From the IMG/VR virus record IMGVR_UViG_3300042540_001399, positions 226,888 through 290,887 of that record: DNA of 64,000 nt. One strand, given 5' to 3'. Position 1 is the first letter of the stretch. Each line of letters begins with the position of its first letter. Position numbers and translations under genes: made by a program. Positions 57,575 through 64,000 of the stretch are shown piece by piece. The notes under the pieces were generated by a model, which worked only from the letters and a program-made list of their open reading frames with translations, searched no databases and was not told where the DNA came from.

Positions 57575-57864
57575 TATTGTAAAGATGCGTAAGGATATGG
57601 GTTATCTGCTTTATATTTATTAATCACAATTTCCGACTTCCTTTCCAATACGTCAGTTTTGGTACCACCGTTTGCGGTATCTAAAAAGACACCAGTACCT
57701 CTACCTTTTTCGTCACCATCACTTAGAGCATCTTTATTAGTTGACGAATATTGGTTTTCGGTTTTATAATCATTTTTTGGGATCAATTTTTTTCTTTCTT
57801 GATCTGCGTATTTTGTCAACAAATTATTAGGTTGACTATAATCCATAGGTTCTAATGTTGGCAT
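57574..57864 (-). CDS. Hypothetical protein
   Basis: ATG ORF in the operon. Confidence 0.7.
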   Translation of the reverse strand: MPTLEPMDYSQPNNLLTKYADQERKKLIPKNDYKTENQYSSTNKDALSDGDEKGRGTGVFLDTANGGTKTDVLERKSEIVINKYKADNPYPYASLQ

Positions 57865-57865
57865 T

Positions 57866-58327
57866 TTAAAGTGTTTTTTTAATTAAATCGTTTATCCTTA
57901 TTAGGTTTTCTTTTATTTTTAAATTATCAGTTTCATCACCAGGATCAAACTCACTCGCTAAAGGTCCTAAGTCTTTTAAAAAGTTTTTATCAACCGGTTC
58001 TTCAGGCATATATTCATTTTCTATTTTTTTTGTGAAGTCATCACCATCTCTTAAATTTTTTATTGTGTTCGTAACCCAATTTCTCATTGTGTCACCTCCA
58101 TTTAAAACATAAGGGGCGTCTTCTTTGTTACCATTATAATATCTAAACCAATTGTCAATTCTTTCGAGTTGTTGAAATGTTGCTTGTTTAGAAGATCTTA
58201 AATCTTCATTTCTTTTGTGACCTTCTATCGAAGAATCTGAATTAGGCACTCTTTCGAAACAAATAGTCAAATGATCCAAAATTTCTTTTGGTATATAAAT
58301 AATTTTATTATATAAATTTTTATTCAC
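57866..58327 (-). CDS. Hypothetical protein
   Basis: ATG ORF in the operon. Confidence 0.7.
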   Translation of the reverse strand: MNKNLYNKIIYIPKEILDHLTICFERVPNSDSSIEGHKRNEDLRSSKQATFQQLERIDNWFRYYNGNKEDAPYVLNGGDTMRNWVTNTIKNLRDGDDFTKKIENEYMPEEPVDKNFLKDLGPLASEFDPGDETDNLKIKENLIRINDLIKKTL

Positions 58328-59315
58328 CTTTTTTTAGAATTTGTACTAATTTGTTTATATTAATAGATTCTTTTTCAGCAATTTTTTTAATTGATTGTAA
58401 ATTCCTTTTTATAATTTTAAAAACAATATTTTCTGAATTAGTATCTTCTTTTTCTTTTTTTACAATATCATCATTATTTGTTTTTTTATTCAATAGAATT
58501 TCATCAATTATAGTATCAATTTTTTCTTTTTCTAATTCAGATAATCTCCTTTTTGTAAAACAGTTTTTACATTTACCTTGTCTTTTTTCTTGTTTTAACT
58601 GTCTATCTAACTTTTTATCAAACCCCAATCTCTTCAATCTTATATCCCGATCTATTGGGTCTTCTACATCCAATTTATTTTTTAATATTTTATTTGCCTG
58701 ATTGTAAGTTTTTGCATTTTTAGTTTCTTGAAAACCAAAAGATTCCGATTGATCCACTTCATCGATAGTTGGTTTGTCTTCTTCAGACTCACCGTAATAA
58801 ACCCTAATAAATGGAAATTGACTTACCCTTGACATTCTTGCGGTTTGGTCCATAGTTTTTCTTGGATGATGACTCAATTTAAGTAACGGTACATTCGATC
58901 CTATAGGGGACCCATCATCTGTTACTAATTCATCTATTTCAGTTTTGGATTGTTTTTCGGTTTCTTTTTTATATTTTTCAGGAATTTTACTATTCAATTT
59001 AATTCCGAGTTTTTCACTTAATTTCAAAATAAATGGAGTTGCGATACTTGAACCTGGAACTAATTGGAATACAATCAAAGGAATTAATTTTAAAATATCA
59101 GAAGACTGATCTTTGATAAATTTTTTTTCATCATCCTTCAAATCAAAATCTTTTTTCTTTAGATAGTCCTTAGTTGCGGATATTAATATTTTCACAAGTA
59201 ATCTTGTTTCTTTCATTTCACTGATTGCGGAATCTTTGTATTTTTTGAGCGTACTAATAACTGAACCCGTGTTTTTTGGTTTGTCTTCATTTAGTAAATT
59301 ATTTGAATATGACAT
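58320..59315 (-). CDS. Hypothetical protein with a hydrophobic LETM1-like segment
   Basis: DILKLIPLIVFQLVPGSSIATPFILKL; TATTTAT on the minus strand at 59330-59336. Confidence 0.6.
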   Translation of the reverse strand: MSYSNNLLNEDKPKNTGSVISTLKKYKDSAISEMKETRLLVKILISATKDYLKKKDFDLKDDEKKFIKDQSSDILKLIPLIVFQLVPGSSIATPFILKLSEKLGIKLNSKIPEKYKKETEKQSKTEIDELVTDDGSPIGSNVPLLKLSHHPRKTMDQTARMSRVSQFPFIRVYYGESEEDKPTIDEVDQSESFGFQETKNAKTYNQANKILKNKLDVEDPIDRDIRLKRLGFDKKLDRQLKQEKRQGKCKNCFTKRRLSELEKEKIDTIIDEILLNKKTNNDDIVKKEKEDTNSENIVFKIIKRNLQSIKKIAEKESININKLVQILKKGE

Positions 59316-59368
59316 AAACAGTTTTTTATATAAATACTTTGATCTGTTGTATTTATTAAATAAAAAGA

Positions 59369-62245
59369 ATGGCAGAGCAAAATATTAATCAATATGTGTT
59401 TCAAAAGTACAAAATCAATACTGTTTATGATTCTATGGACATGTCATTGGCTTCAGATGAAAGAAACTATAATGAAGAAGTAATATTTTCACCATACCTA
59501 ATTGCTGAAACTTATGGTAATAAATTACCAATAAACATAGATATCAATAACCCTTTAACATCTCAATGGCTCACATTAACTTATAAAAATTTTAATCCTA
59601 ACAACGTTTTTGTTTCACAAAACTATTACAATCCAGAAAATAAAGATTTAGGGTGTTTTTCATCAAGCACATTGTGTGATGTGGGTCTTACAGGTATTGA
59701 TAATGGTCTTGTTAATAAAATGACAGGTGAAACCTTAAATTATACGGAAGGCTTATATGACGACTATTTAAAATTTAATAGGTTGTATTTCGATAGAAGA
59801 ATGAAAATGTTTCAAGTAACAGGATACACAGAATCATATAATCGATTTTCAGGCATACCAAAAAATACACTCTATGAGATTGTAAGCAAAGAAAACATAC
59901 AATATGGTAAATATCACGAATTGTATGGTGGATTTTATCAAGGATTTTATAAGTTATTTGGATTTGATTATGAAGTTTTACCCGAAAGAATGTCTAAAGG
60001 TTGGTCGGTTGAAATGTTATTGAAACCTAGATTTGTTAATGAATATAACCCACTACCCTCAGAAACAACTTTAAATCAAATTTACCCACAAAATAAAAAC
60101 ACATTTTTTTATTTTGGTACAAGGGCTGAAAACAAGTTTTATCACCACGCGGATGGACACCCAAGTTGTTTGACTGGTTATACAAGAGTTACAGAAAAAC
60201 TTAGTGGTTGTCCATCGACATGTTCTTGTTGTGATAAAACAATAACAAACAGTCGATGTATATATGTTTATCCACCAAGGTCTTTGAATGATAAGCACGA
60301 CCCACATATAAATTACGGTTGTGACAAATGTAAAGGTGACAGAAAAATATCCGTAAGTTGTGGTTGTGGTTGTGAAGAAAAACCGTGTCAAATATGTGGT
60401 TGGGAATGTCAAACACACAAATGTGAAACAGTAATTTTACCAACACCAACTCCGACACCAACCCCAACACCTACTCCTGTATGTGAAATACCAACACCAA
60501 TATGTACACCAAGTTGTACAAAATGTGATAGTTGTGATGAATGTACAACATGTGAAACAACGGGTTTTACATCTATTGAGTACACTTGTGAAACAGATCC
60601 ACTTTTTGATGTTATGTCAAATAACATAGCTTTCAAATTGTGTGGCGATGTAAAAAACCCACAGATAGGGGTAAAAGTTTTAAGATTTACGGGTGGTTGT
60701 GAAACAACAGGAACATGTGTTACAGGTCAAACTTATATGACTGGTTATACAATAGAAGAATTTTGTACGCCACCTATATACCCATATTGTGAAATTGTAA
60801 ATCCTGATTTTCTTAATTATGAGCATTGGTTTTTAGTAAATGTAGTATGGGAAAGATATTCTTGGTATGACTTTTGCGATCTCAAATTTTTTGGTGGTTT
60901 AGGGGATATTACAAAATTTGAATATTTGGAATCTTTGGCTAATAATGCGGTTGAACTTATTCGTCCGCCATTGACTCATAATGATAAAAATGGTGACACT
61001 ATAGAATTAGTTAATTTGAACAAGACTTGGTTGGATGATAAAAAATATAGACTTGGTAGACTAAAAATTTATGTTAACGGAAAAAAAATATATACAAAAG
61101 AAAACTTTGAAGAAGTAATACCAAGAGGATTATTTACGGACAAAGAAAAACAAATAGGAGTTCCATTCAACATTTCATGGGGTGGTGGTACTCAGGGATT
61201 ACATGAAAACTTAACGTTTTCATCTTGTTCGGCACTTACTTCAAATTATATTCAGGATCCGGAGTGTCTTCCTAATAATATTTTGAGTGGTACATCATTA
61301 TCATCTTTAACCACTAACATTCTATTGGAACAAAACTTTGGTGGGACATTTGAAGGTGCCATATCACAATTTAGAATGTATATTGAACCATTGACTTCAG
61401 ATGAAGTAAAACACAATTTTAATTTACTAAAGTATAAATTTAATCTTTTTGATCCGAATTGCCCTGATTGTGATACAACAAAATGTTTACCTAATGACTT
61501 AACTTATAACATAAATGACAACATACTTACCACTACAACAACTTTTATTCCTAACCCAACGACAATACCTTTTAAGCTAGGTAGGTATTACAAAATGGAT
61601 GGTCGTGACTTGAACTTTTTAATTAAAAATAATTTATCAAAAATAACATCTTTGATTGGGATTAAAACAAATCAAAATTTAAATAGCAAATATTGGGACG
61701 ACAATGGTTGGTGGGGGAATCAAGGGAACACACCTCAATGTGTTGGTTACTCTTGGGCTCATTGGTTAGAAGATGGACCTGTAAGTCAGTCAGGAATACC
61801 ACCAATTATAAAACCAAATGATATTTATATTAACGCACAAAAATTGGATCAATGGGTTGGTGAAAACTATGATGGTACATCAGTTAGGGGTGGGGTAAAA
61901 TATTTAAAAAAAATTGGTAAAGTACAATCTTATTTTTGGGCGTTTGACCTAAACACTTTGATTGACACAGTTTTTAAATATGGACCTGTTGTCGTAGGTA
62001 CTAATTGGTATTCTAACATGTTTTACCCAACTAAAACTGGTATGATTAAAGTTGGTGGTAAACTAGTTGGTGGTCATGCTTACGTTGTTAATGGTGTTGA
62101 TAAAAAAAATAAAACTTTTAGGATAAAAAATAGTTGGGGTAAGTCTTGGGGTAAAAATGGTAGTGCAACAATATCATTTGCCGATATGTCAAGACTAATA
62201 AAAGAAAACGGAGAAATTTGTTTGGCTATAGAAATAGGTAGTTAA
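59369..62245 (+). CDS. Large virion protein: LamG/ConA-like elements, Cys-rich/Pro-Thr linker, C-terminal papain-like (C1) protease
   Basis: LKIYVNG and GAISQFRMYIEPLTSDEV (LamG-like); NQGNTPQCVGYSWAH, GGHAY and KNSWGKSWG give the Q-C-H-N papain catalytic set. Confidence 0.82.
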   Translation: MAEQNINQYVFQKYKINTVYDSMDMSLASDERNYNEEVIFSPYLIAETYGNKLPINIDINNPLTSQWLTLTYKNFNPNNVFVSQNYYNPENKDLGCFSSSTLCDVGLTGIDNGLVNKMTGETLNYTEGLYDDYLKFNRLYFDRRMKMFQVTGYTESYNRFSGIPKNTLYEIVSKENIQYGKYHELYGGFYQGFYKLFGFDYEVLPERMSKGWSVEMLLKPRFVNEYNPLPSETTLNQIYPQNKNTFFYFGTRAENKFYHHADGHPSCLTGYTRVTEKLSGCPSTCSCCDKTITNSRCIYVYPPRSLNDKHDPHINYGCDKCKGDRKISVSCGCGCEEKPCQICGWECQTHKCETVILPTPTPTPTPTPTPVCEIPTPICTPSCTKCDSCDECTTCETTGFTSIEYTCETDPLFDVMSNNIAFKLCGDVKNPQIGVKVLRFTGGCETTGTCVTGQTYMTGYTIEEFCTPPIYPYCEIVNPDFLNYEHWFLVNVVWERYSWYDFCDLKFFGGLGDITKFEYLESLANNAVELIRPPLTHNDKNGDTIELVNLNKTWLDDKKYRLGRLKIYVNGKKIYTKENFEEVIPRGLFTDKEKQIGVPFNISWGGGTQGLHENLTFSSCSALTSNYIQDPECLPNNILSGTSLSSLTTNILLEQNFGGTFEGAISQFRMYIEPLTSDEVKHNFNLLKYKFNLFDPNCPDCDTTKCLPNDLTYNINDNILTTTTTFIPNPTTIPFKLGRYYKMDGRDLNFLIKNNLSKITSLIGIKTNQNLNSKYWDDNGWWGNQGNTPQCVGYSWAHWLEDGPVSQSGIPPIIKPNDIYINAQKLDQWVGENYDGTSVRGGVKYLKKIGKVQSYFWAFDLNTLIDTVFKYGPVVVGTNWYSNMFYPTKTGMIKVGGKLVGGHAYVVNGVDKKNKTFRIKNSWGKSWGKNGSATISFADMSRLIKENGEICLAIEIGS

Positions 62246-62246
62246 T

Positions 62247-63035
62247 ATGAGTTTGAGTATTACAATACAAAGTATTAATTTCAGTGGTGAAAACGCAAGT
62301 GTCTTGTTCCAACCTGACAACTTTAATGGTACAATAAATTTAGGTAACGTAGTTTTACCTTTTGAGTTTTATCCAAACCTTTTAGTACCACCAAGAGAAA
62401 TTTATGGAACATATACAATTTTAACACAAAATGGTACTTGTCCTAACATTTTGAATGTTCCAAGACCAACTCAGACACCGACACCTACAATAACACCAAC
62501 AAGAACGCCTACGCCTACACCGACGGCAACGCCTACTCCTACACCAACAAACGATCCATGTCCTACTAAAACACCAACACCTACACCAACTAAGAGCCCT
62601 AATCCTACCGTTACACCAACTAAAACACCTACACCAACACCAACATCTAGTCCTTGTAAAACTCCAACTCCTACACCGACACCGACTAAAACACCGATGC
62701 CGGCACTTCCAGGAATTTATTATGGTAAATTTACAGGTACTACTATCACAAGCGGAGACATAGGTTCGTTAACGTTTGTACAAACAAATAATCCTACAAA
62801 TACATATGTAAGTTTCGGTCTTGGTACTGCTTATGGATACATTTTAATACCGACCACATTATCTCAACCTTCAGAGTTTAGAGATAGTAATAGTGGTTGT
62901 ACAGGTAATAATATTCCAATGAATAATATAGGTACCGTGATAATTATAGATATAAATGGTTTTGCAATAAATTACAACATATATAGAACATTCTTCAGCT
63001 TCTTTGGAAATGCCGACTGTTGGATGTGTTCTTAA
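62247..63035 (+). CDS. Pro-Thr repeat (mucin-like) structural protein
   Basis: ~80 aa of PTPTPT interrupted by PC(P/K)TPT. Confidence 0.75.
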   Translation: MSLSITIQSINFSGENASVLFQPDNFNGTINLGNVVLPFEFYPNLLVPPREIYGTYTILTQNGTCPNILNVPRPTQTPTPTITPTRTPTPTPTATPTPTPTNDPCPTKTPTPTPTKSPNPTVTPTKTPTPTPTSSPCKTPTPTPTPTKTPMPALPGIYYGKFTGTTITSGDIGSLTFVQTNNPTNTYVSFGLGTAYGYILIPTTLSQPSEFRDSNSGCTGNNIPMNNIGTVIIIDINGFAINYNIYRTFFSFFGNADCWMCS

Positions 63036-63050
63036 AATTTTTTATAAAAA

Positions 63051-64000
63051 ATGATGAGTTTTAAACTTTCTGGTGGCGTTGAAGTTCTTGGGTTTATATC
63101 TCCAACAGAACCCTCTGATGAATATCCAGTTATAGATCCTTTATATGGGATTGATGGATTTAGAAACGTAAACAATTTGTCAGATCTTGACACTATTCCT
63201 TTTTTAAGAAGAAGGGCAGGTATGGTCGCGGGTGTAAGTGGGGGAACTCAATACTATAAATTAAATCTTCCTCCTTGGAATTTTACTATATCAGATTGGA
63301 GCCCATTTTCAATTACAGGTGGAACCGGTACTTCTGGCACATCGGGATCAAGCGGGTCAAGTGGAACATCTGGAGCTCAAGGAACAAGTGGATCTGCCGG
63401 TACTAATGGAACTTCGGGTTCTGACGGATCTAGTGGCACCAACGGAACATCAGGAACTGATGGAACTAGTGGTTCTAACGGTACCGATGGAACTAGTGGT
63501 ACAAACGGAACAAACGGAACAAACGGTACAAGTGGAATATCGGGCGTAAACGGTACAAGTGGTACATCAGGAACTAATGGAACTAGTGGAACAAATGGTA
63601 CATCAGGAACTAATGGAACTAGTGGAACAAATGGTACATCAGGAACTAATGGAACAGATGGGACTTCAGGTAGTAACGGAACAAATGGTACATCAGGAAC
63701 TAATGGAACAAATGGAACATCAGGAACTAACGGTACTGATGGAACTTCAGGTACTAATGGAACTTCAGGTACTAATGGAACTTCAGGTACTAATGGAACA
63801 GATGGTACTAGCGGAACAAACGGAACAGATGGTACAAGCGGTACGAATGGAACTGACGGCACTAGCGGTACTAATGGTACTAATGGAACTTCAGGTACTA
63901 ATGGAACTTCAGGTACTAATGGAACAGATGGTACTAGCGGAACAAACGGAACAGATGGTACAAGCGGTACGAATGGAACTTCAGGAACAAATGGTACAGA
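63051..64000 (+). CDS. Tail fibre-like protein with Gly-X-Y (G-T/S-S/N/D) repeats; partial, runs off the window end; not in ORF track
   Basis: ATG 63051 reads MMSFKLSGG...PLYGIDGFRNV...IPFLRRRAGM...W then GTSGTSGSSG... with no stop to 64000. Confidence 0.85.
   Translation, partial: MMSFKLSGGVEVLGFISPTEPSDEYPVIDPLYGIDGFRNVNNLSDLDTIPFLRRRAGMVAGVSGGTQYYKLNLPPWNFTISDWSPFSITGGTGTSGTSGSSGSSGTSGAQGTSGSAGTNGTSGSDGSSGTNGTSGTDGTSGSNGTDGTSGTNGTNGTNGTSGISGVNGTSGTSGTNGTSGTNGTSGTNGTSGTNGTSGTNGTDGTSGSNGTNGTSGTNGTNGTSGTNGTDGTSGTNGTSGTNGTSGTNGTDGTSGTNGTDGTSGTNGTDGTSGTNGTNGTSGTNGTSGTNGTDGTSGTNGTDGTSGTNGTSGTNGT
63319..64000 (+). repeat. Degenerate 9-nt-period tandem repeat encoding G-T-[SND]
   Basis: Units such as GGAACTTCAGGTACTAAT and GGTACATCAGGAACTAAT repeated throughout. 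Confidence 0.9.

Overview
This is a 64-kb, very AT-rich segment of a large T4-like (myovirus-type) phage genome. The host is probably Bacteroidota, judged from a Bacteroidota-type bS21, a Bacteroidota-style tmRNA resume site, TAnnTTTG promoters and A-rich leaders without Shine-Dalgarno sequences. Layout: (1) a tRNA cluster containing an atypical tRNA-like RNA; (2) a translationally coupled operon with two histidine kinases and a stand-alone receiver, running into a GH19 endolysin, a holin-like gene and further cell-wall enzymes; (3) a ~0.9-kb ORF-poor structured RNA resembling GOLLD; (4) tmRNA with a long non-canonical tag near an M28 peptidase, an N-domain-less ClpC and a double-UVR protein; (5) the head module (terminase, portal, bS21, prohead protease, scaffold, major capsid protein); (6) baseplate genes and a gp55-like sigma factor; (7) a ~12-kb glycosyltransferase/amino-sugar island with phoH, dut and a BKACE gene; (8) tail-fibre-like genes with papain, Pro-Thr and Gly-Thr-Ser/Asn repeats. 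A TATTTAT motif sits just upstream of more than 20 genes and is a candidate late promoter; the two-component operon carries it too. All calls come from reading motifs by eye; no database searches were run.
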